A model generated the notes under the pieces. It was not told the origin of the DNA, ran no database searches, and was given only the letters and a program-made list of their open reading frames with translations. From assembly GCA_963728405.1 (NCBI GenBank), contig CAVSJV010000002.1:64001-128000 (forward strand): a stretch of DNA of 64,000 bases, given 5' to 3'. The translations under genes were made by a program, and so were the position numbers. Below, piece by piece: positions 19,829-30,798 of the stretch. The stretch comes from Methanomassiliicoccaceae archaeon (GTDB taxonomy: Archaea > Thermoplasmatota > Thermoplasmata > Methanomassiliicoccales > Methanomassiliicoccaceae). Position 1 is the first letter of the stretch. Each line of letters opens with the position of its first letter.

Positions 19829-21139
19829 GTGCCCGGTTCAAAGGTCATTCACGACAGCGTTCACGGCAGTGTCAAGGTCGAAGGTATCTTTCTCGACCTG
19901 TTGGAGCGGCCGGAGATGCAGCGCCTCCACGGAGTGCATCAGCTAGGCCTGGCCCACTATGTGTTCCCGGGAGCGAACCACACCCGCCTGGAGCACTCCC
20001 TGGGCACTTATCACATCGCGGACATGATGTGCGCCGCGCTTCGGCTCTCGGAGCAGGAGCGGAAGACCGTCCTGGCTGCAGCCTTATTGCATGACGTCGG
20101 GCACGCACCGTTCTCCCACACCCTCGAGGAGGTCGTTCACGATCGGGTGGGTAAGGACCACATGGACATCTCCACCGAGCTCGTCAAAGGTAGGTATCCG
20201 TCGGTCAGCGCCGAGGACCTGGAGATCCTCGGCCCTCTCCCCCCCATGTTCGAGGTCCTGGAGGCCGACGGCATTTCCGTAGACGAGGTCTGCGAACTGA
20301 TCGCAAGCTCTCACCTCGCCCTCGGCTCCGGCCAGAGGTTGCTGGTGGAAGGGGGGCAGGCCCATTTCGGGGGACACAACTACCTGGGCCAGATGATCTC
20401 CGGCCCTCTGGACGTGGACCAGATGGACTATCTCCGCCGGGACGCCTACTATACTGGGGTCGCTCATGGGACCATCGACATCGACCGCCTGCTCCAGACC
20501 GTGGCCATCTTCCATGGAGACCTGGTGATCAACAAGGGTGGCCTGGTGGCCGCGGAGGGGCTGTTGGTCGCCAGAGCGTTGATGTACACTTCGGTCTACT
20601 ATCACAAGACCGCCCGCATCGCCGAGATGATGCTGTGCAAGGCGGTCGAGCTGGCCCCGGCCGAGGTGCTCGAGGATCTTCACCGAGACACCGATTGTGC
20701 CCTGGCCGCCAAGCTCAAGGCCTGCGGGGGCGAGACCGCCAGGCTCATGACATTGTTGAACTATCGCCGTCTTTATAAAAAAGCGGTCATGCTCCCTATA
20801 TCGGGCCTCACCGAGGAGCAGATCGCTCAATTGATCGAGCTTTCCGAATACCCGCGCCGAAAGGCTAAAGAGCGGGAGATCGCCGAGCGGGCCGGGGTCC
20901 CCGATTCCGAGGTCCTGCTGGACATACCGGACCGGTCTCTCCTGCTGTCGGAGCCACGCATCGGCAAGACCGAAGTGCCCATCCTGGACGGTGAGAGGGT
21001 CAAGCCCCTGTCTCGTTACAGCCCGCTGGCCAAGGCTATCCAGTCGCGCGGGGTACATGATTGGGCAGTGATGGTCTCCACGCCCGCGGTCAACCGGGAA
21101 GAGGTAGAGCGGGCCGCTCCCAAGGTGCTCTTCAGCTGA
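19829..21139 (+). CDS. HD-domain phosphohydrolase (dNTPase-like)
   Basis: IHDSVHG, QLG...VFPGANHTRLEHSLG, LLHDVGHAPFSH, DVDQMDYL.RD. Confidence 0.92.
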   Translation: MPGSKVIHDSVHGSVKVEGIFLDLLERPEMQRLHGVHQLGLAHYVFPGANHTRLEHSLGTYHIADMMCAALRLSEQERKTVLAAALLHDVGHAPFSHTLEEVVHDRVGKDHMDISTELVKGRYPSVSAEDLEILGPLPPMFEVLEADGISVDEVCELIASSHLALGSGQRLLVEGGQAHFGGHNYLGQMISGPLDVDQMDYLRRDAYYTGVAHGTIDIDRLLQTVAIFHGDLVINKGGLVAAEGLLVARALMYTSVYYHKTARIAEMMLCKAVELAPAEVLEDLHRDTDCALAAKLKACGGETARLMTLLNYRRLYKKAVMLPISGLTEEQIAQLIELSEYPRRKAKEREIAERAGVPDSEVLLDIPDRSLLLSEPRIGKTEVPILDGERVKPLSRYSPLAKAIQSRGVHDWAVMVSTPAVNREEVERAAPKVLFS

Positions 21140-22591
21140 TCAGCCCTTCATGACACCGATGGGTGTGAGATGAGCGACCTTGCGGGATAGGCCAGCGCCC
21201 ACCACGATGTCCACGACCGATTCGATGTCCTTGTAGGCCTCGGGGGCTTCTTCGAGGATGCCGTCCTTGGTCGCCGATTTTAAGAATATGCCCTTCCCGG
21301 CGAGATCGTCCCTGATCCCCTGGACAGTAAACTTCCTGAGCGCTTCGTTCCTGGACATGACCCTGCCAGCCCCGTGACAGGTGGAGCCGAACGCCTCCTG
21401 CATGACCTTCTCCGTTCCGACCAGCACATAGCTCCCGTGCCCCATGTCCCCGGGGATCAGCACAGGCTGTCCGATCGAACGGTATTGGGAGGGGACCTCC
21501 GACATGTCGCGGGGGAACGCCCTGGTGGCGCCCTTGCGGTGCACGAAGACCTTCCTTTTCCTGCCATCCACCTGGTGCTCCTCGACCTTGGCGATGTTGT
21601 GGGCCACGTCATACACCTGGTACATACCCATGCTCTCGGCTTCCCGCTTGAAGTGCTCCTCGAACGATTGGCGTATCCAATGCAGGATCATCTGACGGTT
21701 GGCCCATGCATAGTTGGCACCGCAGGCCATGGCCCTGAAGTAGTCCTCGCCCTCCTTGGAATGCACCGGCGCACAGGCCAGCTGGCGGTCCGGAAGCACG
21801 ATGCCGCTCTGTCGGATGGACCGCTCCATGACCTGGAGATAGTCAGTGGCGATCTGGTGGCCACAGCCCCGGGAACCGCAGTGCACGGTCACAGTGATCT
21901 GTCCCTCCCGGAGACCGAACGCATCGGCCGCGGTTTGATCATAGACCCGGTCCACCACATCAACTTCGAGGAAATGGTTCCCTGAGCCCAGGGAACCGAC
22001 CTGAGGGATACCCCTCTGCTTGGCCTTGGAGCTCACGGTGCGGGGATCGGCGTTCTGCATCCGTCCGCCTTCTTCGGTGGCGAGGAGGTCTTCCTTCCAG
22101 CCATAGCCTTTCTCCACTGCCCACTCCGCGCCATGGGCGAGGATCTCGTCGATCTGCGCCGCGGCCACATCCACCACCCCTTCCGAGCCGACGCCGGCGG
22201 GAACGTTCTTGAACAGCGTTCCGATAAGATCCTTGATGCCGGGTCGGACGTCCTTCTCTTCCAGGTTGGTGCGGACGAGGCGAACGCCGCAATTGATGTC
22301 GAATCCGATCCCCCCCGGAGAGATCACACCCTCTTCCGCATCCATGGCCGCTACACCACCAATGGGGAACCCATAGCCCCAGTGGATGTCTGGCATGGCC
22401 AGGGAATTACCTACGATGCCGGGCAGAAAAGCCACGTTGGCCGCCTGCTCGGGTGCATTATCCTCTCTCAGGCTGGGGACCATCTTCTCACTGGCGAAGA
22501 TGATGGCGTCCGTGCGCATCCCGCTCTTGTAGCTCTTGGGGATCTTCCAACGGTAATCGTCAATCCGCTCCAGGGGTCCAGTGTAGCCCAT
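21140..22591 (-). CDS. rtcB: RNA-splicing ligase RtcB
   Basis: MPDIHWGYGFPIGG, GFDINCGVR, GSLGSGNHFLE, HRKGATR, STCHGAGR; no intein seen. Confidence 0.96.
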   Translation of the reverse strand: MGYTGPLERIDDYRWKIPKSYKSGMRTDAIIFASEKMVPSLREDNAPEQAANVAFLPGIVGNSLAMPDIHWGYGFPIGGVAAMDAEEGVISPGGIGFDINCGVRLVRTNLEEKDVRPGIKDLIGTLFKNVPAGVGSEGVVDVAAAQIDEILAHGAEWAVEKGYGWKEDLLATEEGGRMQNADPRTVSSKAKQRGIPQVGSLGSGNHFLEVDVVDRVYDQTAADAFGLREGQITVTVHCGSRGCGHQIATDYLQVMERSIRQSGIVLPDRQLACAPVHSKEGEDYFRAMACGANYAWANRQMILHWIRQSFEEHFKREAESMGMYQVYDVAHNIAKVEEHQVDGRKRKVFVHRKGATRAFPRDMSEVPSQYRSIGQPVLIPGDMGHGSYVLVGTEKVMQEAFGSTCHGAGRVMSRNEALRKFTVQGIRDDLAGKGIFLKSATKDGILEEAPEAYKDIESVVDIVVGAGLSRKVAHLTPIGVMKG

Positions 22592-22752
22592 ATTAAACAC
22601 CCGCTTCGTCAATGGGGAGCCTTGGATATAATGTCTTCCGGCCGACTCCCCTAGTGGTCCGTGTGGTTAGCTGGGCATAATATTATTTATCAATGGGGTT
22701 GCATAGTTATCGAAGGGGAACGGTAACGGACGTGTCGGTCCTGACGGAGAAC

Positions 22753-23856
22753 ATGCAAAGCTCGACCGAGGTAGTGGTGCGTAGATACCGCGAGGGCGAC
22801 GAGGCCCGTATCGTGTCGTTCCTGGAGCGGGGGATGGGCTGGCCAGCCATTTGTTCTCCGGTACCTCGTCTTGACCACTGGCAATGGAAGTTCCTCGGCA
22901 ATCCGCTGGGGTTCCATCTGGTCTGTGTGGCCGAGCAGAACGGGAAAATCGTCTCCCATTCCGCCTCTCTGCCGGTGAGCATGAAGGTCGGTAGCAGGAC
23001 CGTTCTGGCATCCCAAGGCGTCGATCTATGCACCGATCCCTCTTTCCGCGGTCGTGGCCTCATAGGGCAGACCATGGAGTGTCGGAACCAGATGAAGGAC
23101 GAGCAGGGGGTGGCCCTCGATTTCGGGTTCCCCAATCAGGCAGCGTACCACCTTAGTATGATCAAGCAAGGCTTCCAGGACCTGAGCATTAGCATGCTGC
23201 AGCATCGGTACATCATCGACGAGGGGCAGTTCTTCCGAAAGGTCCGATTCGGTTCGATTAAAAGGCTGGGCTATGATTCCTATCAACTATTGAAGCGATC
23301 CCTGAGCCGCCAGGTGGAGCTGGGAGGAGGCATCACATTGGCGAGAGAGAGGGAGTTCGGACCAGCGTTCGATACCCTCTACCATCGGGCGGCTGACGGT
23401 TTTGACCTCATCATTGCCAGGGAGCACCGTTATCTGAACTGGAGGTACGCCGACCCTCGGGGTGGTGAGTTCATCATTCGGTCGGTGCGGCATAATGATC
23501 GTCTTGTAGGGTTTATGGTCCACAAGAAGGAGGAGCGAGGGGAGAGCCGTTACCTCAACGTGGTCGACGCCCTCGTCGATCCTGAATTCCAGGACGTCAT
23601 GTCCATCCTGTTGATCGATGCCATATCGATGGCCCGGGAGCTGAACATCGAGACCATCCTGTGCTGTCTGCCTGACGGCCATCCCTACGAACGGCATTTG
23701 GCGGACATGGGCTTCCTGGCCCAAGTCCGGTATACTGGTGACCGGCCGATGAGCGTCATATGTCTGGACCGTGAGAAAGGAAGAAATGACCTCAACCTTC
23801 TGGGAAAGGAGGGCCTGCGGGCCCACATCATGCTCGGGGACACCGACTGGGTCTGA
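22753..23856 (+). CDS. Two-domain GNAT-family acetyltransferase
   Basis: VRRYREGDE, DLCTDPSFRGRGL acetyl-CoA motif, GFPN, YLNWRY; start uncertain (22693-22753). Confidence 0.82.
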   Translation: MQSSTEVVVRRYREGDEARIVSFLERGMGWPAICSPVPRLDHWQWKFLGNPLGFHLVCVAEQNGKIVSHSASLPVSMKVGSRTVLASQGVDLCTDPSFRGRGLIGQTMECRNQMKDEQGVALDFGFPNQAAYHLSMIKQGFQDLSISMLQHRYIIDEGQFFRKVRFGSIKRLGYDSYQLLKRSLSRQVELGGGITLAREREFGPAFDTLYHRAADGFDLIIAREHRYLNWRYADPRGGEFIIRSVRHNDRLVGFMVHKKEERGESRYLNVVDALVDPEFQDVMSILLIDAISMARELNIETILCCLPDGHPYERHLADMGFLAQVRYTGDRPMSVICLDREKGRNDLNLLGKEGLRAHIMLGDTDWV

Positions 23857-23923
23857 TCTCTTGATATTTAACTAGGTGGATTTATAGCATACCAAAGGAA
23901 CTGTCCGCCGAGGCGGTCTGGGG

Positions 23924-25117
23924 TTGTCAGGCTTTGTCGCGGCGGTTCTGGCGGCATCTGGGGTTATGTTCTTTGCCATGGGGGCCTATGTCCTGGCCAG
24001 GAACCCGTTCCAGCAGGCCTCCCGCTCCTTCTTTCTGCTCACTGCCGGATTGGGCATTGCCTGCTGCCTTCAGATGCTCATCGACAGGACCATGGATGGG
24101 GACATAGCACTGCTGACCGCACGGATCTATGTGTTCGCCTGTGTCGTGAGCTTTGGATCATTTCTGATGCTGGCCCTCGATGTTTCCCCTCAACGGGAAG
24201 GCCTCGCTACAAGGGGGCGTCGTGCCCTCCTTTTCGCCCTCATCATCGCGGCCGCCGCCGTATTGTTCTTCGCCATCGATGGGGTTCTCCCTCGGGAGGT
24301 CGGATTCAGCATTCAATGGGGTCCCGGGACCGCCGCCTTCATCCTGGTCTGTGGCGCTCTAGCCTGTTCTTCCACACGGGAGATGATCCGATCCCACGCG
24401 TCCTCCACCGACCGAGGGTTCAGAGCTCAGAGCATCATCCTGGCCAATAGCGCGGTCATCCCCCTGATCGCCGTCGGTTCTACCGTCCTGGTGAGCGCCC
24501 CCGGACTCGAAGGTCTGGCCGCCATCTGTTATTTGGCCGTAGGAGCATTCCTCGGCTATCTTGTCATCGCCTACAATCTCTTCCAGCTCCCGTCCGTACG
24601 GAACGGCCATATGGTGGGCGTCAGGACCGCTCAGTCGATCGCCCAGCCAGGTTCGACCGTTCTGTTCGAGGGAAAGGGCTCCGAGCCGGCCTTCAAGACC
24701 TTGATCGAGGAGCTCCCCTTGGGGGAAAAGGGACTGATCATCACCCGCCTCCATCCCGATCAGGTGAGGGAAAGATATCCAATCGACAATACTCGCATTC
24801 TGTGGCTCTGTAGCCAGCCTGGGGAGGACCGGGTCGACCCCCTGGGCCTTACCATACTTCAGAACATCATGATCGAGCATATGCAGAAGCATGGGCGGAC
24901 CATCATCCTGTTGGACGGGATCGAGTACCTCCTGTCCGAGAACCACCTCGATAAGGTCCTCCGCCTGATCTATGCCGTCCATGACTCGGTGGTCATATCT
25001 GGCTCCAGGCTCCTGGTCCCTTTGGACCCTCAGACCGTGGGCCTAAGGGACCTGGCCCTCATCGAGAGGGAGTTCTCCCTTCAGGTGGGCGCCTATGAAA
25101 ATGACGGACCAGCATAG
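23924..25117 (+). CDS. 7TM membrane protein with C-terminal DUF835 (KaiC-related) domain, copy 1
   Basis: About 7 TM helices then GLIITRLHP..VRERY...LWL...VDP...IILLDGIEYL..EN. Confidence 0.8.
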   Translation: MSGFVAAVLAASGVMFFAMGAYVLARNPFQQASRSFFLLTAGLGIACCLQMLIDRTMDGDIALLTARIYVFACVVSFGSFLMLALDVSPQREGLATRGRRALLFALIIAAAAVLFFAIDGVLPREVGFSIQWGPGTAAFILVCGALACSSTREMIRSHASSTDRGFRAQSIILANSAVIPLIAVGSTVLVSAPGLEGLAAICYLAVGAFLGYLVIAYNLFQLPSVRNGHMVGVRTAQSIAQPGSTVLFEGKGSEPAFKTLIEELPLGEKGLIITRLHPDQVRERYPIDNTRILWLCSQPGEDRVDPLGLTILQNIMIEHMQKHGRTIILLDGIEYLLSENHLDKVLRLIYAVHDSVVISGSRLLVPLDPQTVGLRDLALIEREFSLQVGAYENDGPA

Positions 25118-25164
25118 GTCATCGTTCATTATTTGTAGTTCACAGGCATTCCCAGTGTGAACAC

Positions 25165-26364
25165 ATGCTGGAAGGGGACCTAGGGTACTCATTGATCTCT
25201 TTGGCCGCCGGGATGGTGTGCCTGGGCTTGGGGCTCTATGTTTTCTGGAAGAATCCATACCCAAAAATATCTCAGATATTGGTCATCACGATGTCCTTAT
25301 TGGCCATCAACGCGGTCTTTCTTTTCCTCATCGCAAATGCTCCCGATGATCTTACTGCGGGCCTGTTCGCTCGCGCCACCATCTTCTTCAGCATCCTGGT
25401 GGGGGCATCCTTCATCTTTCTATCCTATTACCTACCTTACGAGCGACGGAACACCTGGGTTCTTCAGAACCGCACCCTGTTCATGATCATCAGCGTTCTG
25501 GCGGCTCTGATAACGGCGGCCCTCGTCGATAAGGTCTATTTTGACCAGTATGGTTACTGGTTGGACTACTCTCCTGCTCTTTTCCTGTGGCTCGGCCTCG
25601 GGCTGGCCATGAGCTCCCTCCCCCTTGTCGTGCTGACCCCGATCTGCCGGCGCTCGACCGACATGGTGGTCAGAAGATCTGTGACGGTCATGTCTTTCGG
25701 GGTGATTCTGCCGATGCTGTTCGTCATCGCCGAGATCATCACTGAAGAGGCCGGATTACGGATGCCCCACCTTCCGGCGGTGGGGTTGTTGTTGACCGGC
25801 GTCTTATTTTCCATAGCGGTCCTAAGGCTCAAACTGTTCATTGTCGAACCGGTTAAGGAGTATGGGATGGAAGCGCAGTCAGGGAAGGACATTAGTATCA
25901 AGTTGGTTAGCGGGCATTGCGACCTTATCAAGAGCAAGAAGGCCGACCTCTCGTACCGCATGTTCGTGGCCGAGGTCGCTGCGGGGAACAAGGGCCTTCT
26001 GATCACCAGAGTACATCCCGACCAGGTCCGAGAGAAGTATGGGCTGGTCAAGACCCCCATACTGTGGCTCTCAGGCCAACCCGGACCGGACCGCATGGAC
26101 CCCGCATCTCTCTCCATACTGCAGCATACTGTGGTAGATTTTCTTCAGAAAGGGAATACCTCGGTCATCCTCTTGGACGGGCTGGAGTATCTGGTCTCAG
26201 AGAACCAGGTTGATAAGGTCCTGAGGTTCGTCTACACCGTGCACGATGCCGTGGTCATCTCCGGTTCGAAGTTCATCGTCCCGGTGGACCCCGACATCCT
26301 GGGAACGAAGGACATGGCCCTTTTCGAAAAGGAGTTCGTGGTCATCGAAGAGCCGTCGGAATAG
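25165..26364 (+). CDS. 7TM-DUF835 protein, copy 2
   Basis: About 7 TM helices then GLLITRVHP..VREKYGL..TPILWL...VILLDGLEYLVSEN. Confidence 0.82.
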   Translation: MLEGDLGYSLISLAAGMVCLGLGLYVFWKNPYPKISQILVITMSLLAINAVFLFLIANAPDDLTAGLFARATIFFSILVGASFIFLSYYLPYERRNTWVLQNRTLFMIISVLAALITAALVDKVYFDQYGYWLDYSPALFLWLGLGLAMSSLPLVVLTPICRRSTDMVVRRSVTVMSFGVILPMLFVIAEIITEEAGLRMPHLPAVGLLLTGVLFSIAVLRLKLFIVEPVKEYGMEAQSGKDISIKLVSGHCDLIKSKKADLSYRMFVAEVAAGNKGLLITRVHPDQVREKYGLVKTPILWLSGQPGPDRMDPASLSILQHTVVDFLQKGNTSVILLDGLEYLVSENQVDKVLRFVYTVHDAVVISGSKFIVPVDPDILGTKDMALFEKEFVVIEEPSE

Positions 26365-26404
26365 CGACCGCTGGTTTATCCGGTGGCAGGTCGTTACGGG
26401 CCTT

Positions 26405-27614
26405 ATGTTCGAGGGAGATCTGGCGTTTTCATTTATGGACCTGGCCGTCGGACTGATGACCCTTGCTATGGGCTCCTACATCTTCCTTCGGAACCCCTAT
26501 CTCCGCTTGTCCAAGCTCTTCCTGGCGGTGACGGCGCTCTACTCTATCGCTGCCATCGCCGCGTTCCTGATGCTCAATGCCCCAGATGAAGCCTGGGCGC
26601 TGCCATGGGCTCATCTCATGACCCTGGCCATCGTAGGGGCATTCTCGGTCCAGCTCTATCTTATCACTCTCCTGCCCATCGAGCGGAATCCCCGGCTCCT
26701 TTCCGATCATAAGTTCCTCTACTCCGCTCTGGCGTTCCTGGGGGCGGCGCTGACCCTGATTGCAGTGCAGGACGTCGAGCTGACCCCCTTCGGCTACTGG
26801 ATCCCGGTCGGCCTGGGCCTGGCGGTATTGCTTGGAACAGCATCCCTCTTCGCCATCGCCTCCATCTCGCTCCTGGTAACCATCTATGACCGCTCCGGGC
26901 CAGAGATCCGTTTCCTGGTCCAGTTGCTCTCCATCGGCATATGCTTCCCCTTGCTGTTCGTGGTAGTGAACGCAGTGGTGGAGATGGGGGGAGGCAGCCT
27001 GCCCTCATTGTTCCCCATCGGGTTTCTCATATCGACCACGGTCTTTCTGTATGCGATCATAAGGCATGACCTGTTCCAGTTCAAACCACCCCTTCCCAAT
27101 GGGAAATTACCCGCGCCGACCATCCAGACCGACACCGGAGGTGAGGGCAAATGTTTGCTCATCGAAGGTAAGCGATCGGACAGCGCCTATTTGTTGCTCT
27201 TGGATAAACTAGGGGAGCGGTAAGCGTGGGCTGCTGATCACCCGGCTCCATCCTGACCGCCTACGCGAGGACTACGGCCTGGTCAAGGTACCCATGATCT
27301 GGTTGGCCACCCAGCCCGGACCGGACCGCGTCGATCCCACTTCGCTCTCCATCTTACAGCACACTATCGTGGACTTTTTGCAGAAGGGTCCACCGTCGGT
27401 CATCCTCCTGGACGGGCTGGAGTATCTGATGTCCGAGAACCAATCGGAAAAGGTCCTGCGGTTCGTATATACACTTAGGGATCTGGTGACCGTCTCCAAT
27501 TCCCAGCTGCTGGTCTCCTTGGACCCCGAAGTGCTGGAACTTAGAGACCTCGCTAAACTGGAAAGGGAGTTCGAGTTAATTAGAACAGAGAAAGGGGCCG
27601 GGTCCGAGATTTGA
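26405..27614 (+). CDS. 7TM-DUF835 protein, copy 3 (extra G near 27213)
   Basis: MFEGDLAFS start parallels MLEGDLGYS of copy 2; removing one G of GGGG gives KLGSGKRGLLITRLHP. Confidence 0.8.
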
Positions 27615-27696
27615 ACTCGAGTCTAGGGATCCACAGTCCCACAGGATGCCAGGCTACCCCAACCCGGCCATGGCGAGACCTCCTCAACGCATAAGT

Positions 27697-28161
27697 CTAC
27701 ATAAACCTTTCTTCGGTAAAAGGTCCCGCTCCCCTATCGGACCACGCGACTTCCCTACCCATCCTCCGATAGAGATGGACAACTGCTTCTGGGCGTTGAA
27801 GTCCGGAATCGATGGCGAGCTCCCTCGACCCCTCGGCCTTGAGCCGGCTGAACTCTTCGTTGATCAGGGGGCGTGGATAGTGAAGGACGACCCAACCTTC
27901 CGACAGAAGGGAATTAAGGAACGCCTCGTCGAAGGCATGGGCTCCTCCCCCGCAAGAGGATTCGAAGTCTTCCGTCCATCCGCTTCCATCTCCATACCGA
28001 TCCTCTAGTCGGATCCTCGGGACTGCCCCCTCTGCTCTCCGCCGACCGGACCCGGGCGCCAATAATCGAGGGGGGGGAACCGATCCTTTCATCAGCGACC
28101 CTTCGGGCATCATCCATCGCAATTTTCGCCACTCCCCTCGGCTGATACCTGGGCAATTCAA
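27697..28161 (-). pseudogene. Possible decayed GNAT acetyltransferase
   Basis: LKAEGSRELAIDSGLQRPEAVVHLYRRMG resembles the GNAT C-terminal motif; the rest is unrecognisable. Confidence 0.35.
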
Positions 28162-28297
28162 GACGAGTTGGCGTATATTTCAAGGGCGCCCTCTCAAAAA
28201 CGGGCCGGATAGACCTTGGCAGGACAATAATCTGGTCCGGTTGTATTCTGGTTTACAATATGGTTAAGAACAGTCCTTTTCTCTTACTCTTGAAAAC

Positions 28298-29209
28298 ATG
28301 AATAAGGACGTTCTTTCAGTGCTCGACCTGCAGGAGGATATCGATGATGTCCTGGTTCAGGCGGCCAAGCTCAAGCAGCAGAACGAAAAGAGCGGCCAGC
28401 AGCTAAAAGGCCAGACGCTGGCCATGATATTCGAGAAGTCAAGCACCCGAACGAGGGTCTCATTTGAAGTTGGCATGATGCAGCTGGGAGGTAACACCAT
28501 CTATCTCAGCCAGAAAGACACCCAGTTGGGGAGGGGAGAGACGGTCGCGGACACCGCCCAGGTCCTCAGCCGGTATGTCGAAGGCATTGTCTATCGGGCT
28601 TTCAGCCACGTCAACATGGCCGAGCTTGCCAAGCATGCCACGGTCCCGGTGATCAATGCGCTGGACGACATCGAACATCCCTGCCAGGTGATGGCGGACC
28701 TGATGACGATCAAGGAGCAAAAGCATGAGCTGTCTGGTCTGAAGTTCACCTACATCGGAGATGGTAACAATGTGTGCAACTCTCTTCTCCTGGGCGCGGC
28801 TTTGACCGGTATGGACTTCGTGGCCGCCACTCCGTTGGAATATCGACCCAGCGCGACCATTGTAAAGAAAGCGGCATCCTTGGCCAAGGCAACGAAGGCC
28901 TCGAGCAAAGTGATCGCCGATCCCATGAAAGCCGCGACAGGGGCCGATATCATCTATACGGACACATGGGTCTCCATGGGCCAGGAGTGCGATGCCGATC
29001 GCAAGGAGAAGCTGCTCCGGCCTTATCAAGTGAACAAGGCCATCATGGCAAAGGCGGAAAAGGATTGCATATTCATGCATTGCCTCCCTGCCCACCGCGG
29101 CTCAGAGGTGACCGAAGAGGTCATCGATGGAAAGCGCAGCGTGGTGTTCGACCAGGCGGAGAACCGGATGCACGCCCAGAAAGCTATCCTCATCAAGCTT
29201 ATGGGCTGA
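28298..29209 (+). CDS. argF: Ornithine carbamoyltransferase
   Basis: FEKSSTRTR, HPCQ, YTDTWVSMG, FMHCLP, QAENRMH. Confidence 0.95.
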   Translation: MNKDVLSVLDLQEDIDDVLVQAAKLKQQNEKSGQQLKGQTLAMIFEKSSTRTRVSFEVGMMQLGGNTIYLSQKDTQLGRGETVADTAQVLSRYVEGIVYRAFSHVNMAELAKHATVPVINALDDIEHPCQVMADLMTIKEQKHELSGLKFTYIGDGNNVCNSLLLGAALTGMDFVAATPLEYRPSATIVKKAASLAKATKASSKVIADPMKAATGADIIYTDTWVSMGQECDADRKEKLLRPYQVNKAIMAKAEKDCIFMHCLPAHRGSEVTEEVIDGKRSVVFDQAENRMHAQKAILIKLMG

Positions 29210-30798
29210 GCTGTTTTAGGACGATATCATCGATCGCGAGTAGGAACGCATCCTCCCGGCCCTCCGGGACGGTCGCTCCTGCCGCGATGTTGTGCCCGCC
29301 CCCCGTGCCACCTACGGTCTCTGATGCCTGGCGCATCGCCGCGGATAGGTCCAGACCTCGCTTGGTCATATCCCTGGTACCCCGACCCGACACCTTGACG
29401 GTGCAGGTGCCGTCCATCGATTGGGCAAATGCAATGATCGGACGGTCGGCTGGAACCTCCGGCGTTCCCAGCAACATGCCGGCCACGATGCCCACGATGG
29501 TGTCCTCGATGCGGTCCCGCCCGTTGAAGTAGCGCACCGCCTTCAACGCCGTCCCTCCCGGAGAGATGACCGATGCGCTAAATGACTCGTCTCTCTTGAC
29601 CAGCTCTATTGCCATTCTCAGCATGTCGCGATGGTTATCCTGCTGACGCATGGCCTCGCCAAGCCCCTCCATCCGGTCGCCCAGGCAGACCGCCTTGCCT
29701 ATCTCCGGGCGGTCGTGGCGGCCACAAGCGTTAAGCATGGTAGCGAACTCCTTGGCGTCGAACAGCGCCCGCATGTTCGGCGTCCAGGTGGAACCATCGG
29801 TCAGGTCGCAGCGCTCCGGTCCGCTGCTCGCATACCAGTCGATAGCGGTCCCCGGGAGGTCTCTGGCTAGTGTATACACCTCTCCTATCAGTCTTCGGAC
29901 GTAGGCCTCTCCCTTGCCCGCGTCCAGCATGCGGTTGACCAGCGCGCTCACGATGCGGCGCTTCTCCTCCCTTGACAGCTGGGACCAGGTGCGGAACCGA
30001 TCACCGTCCTTCAATGGGACACCGACCGCCGCCAGGAAGTCGATACAGGCCAGCTTACCCTCGTCCTGGGCGATCGGGTCCTCGTCCAGAACGTCACTCG
30101 CTCTTCTTCCAGACCTCTCGCCGGTCAAGAACGGCAAGAGGGCTGGCTCGTTTGAATATTGGAGCAGACATGTGCAGGGGGCGGGTCTGGCGGCCGAACA
30201 GGCGAACGTCTTTCTCCGCCGTCACCAGGCCGAGGGAAAGGGCGTCGTCCAGGATGGTGCGATTATATCCACAGAGGCGGCTCTCGGCAGCATCCTGGAA
30301 ATCTCCGACCGCACCGATGATCGCCAGTACCGACAGGTCCTTGTTCCCGGGGTCCATCTTCTTGGCCACCAGATAGGTGACCCCGGCCCCCGAGACCTCG
30401 CTCGAACCGTCCAGGCCGAAAAGATGAGGATTGACATGGCCCTCGCTCGATCCGGCCTCCGAAGGATCGACACGATGGTGATCGGTCACCACGGATCGAC
30501 CATGCTCGAGCTTAGAATACATGCCGCTCCCCAGGTCAACGAACCAGATCCTGCTAGCGGGATGCGAGCGTATCCTTCCGACCTCCGCGTCGTCCAGTTT
30601 CTTGACGAAGCGGACGGTGTGCTCGATCCCCGCCCGGCCGAGGGCCGCCGAGGCGATCGATGAAGCGGTTATGCCGTCGGCATCGATGTGGCCGACCACC
30701 AGGACCGACCCGGAGGATCGAAGCATTCGGGCAGCTCCCTCCGCAGCTTTCTCAAAGCCCTTAACATCACGTATCGGGGTCACAGCGTCCATGTTCAA
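29199..30798 (-). CDS. recJ: DHH/DHHA1 RecJ-like (GAN/HAN-type) nuclease (extra base near 30168)
   Basis: HIDADG, DLGS, TDHH, GAVGD, EFATMLNACGR, GGGHNIAAG. Confidence 0.87.

Noticed and set aside
20084-21058. Long antisense ORFs (e.g. 324 aa here, 39558-40493, 44911-45819)
   Set aside because: They are shadows of GC-rich coding strands opposite well-supported genes and show no recognisable motifs.
25115-26407. Amber read-through fusing tandem DUF835 genes
   Set aside because: The gaps after the TAG stops (47 and 40 nt) are not multiples of three.
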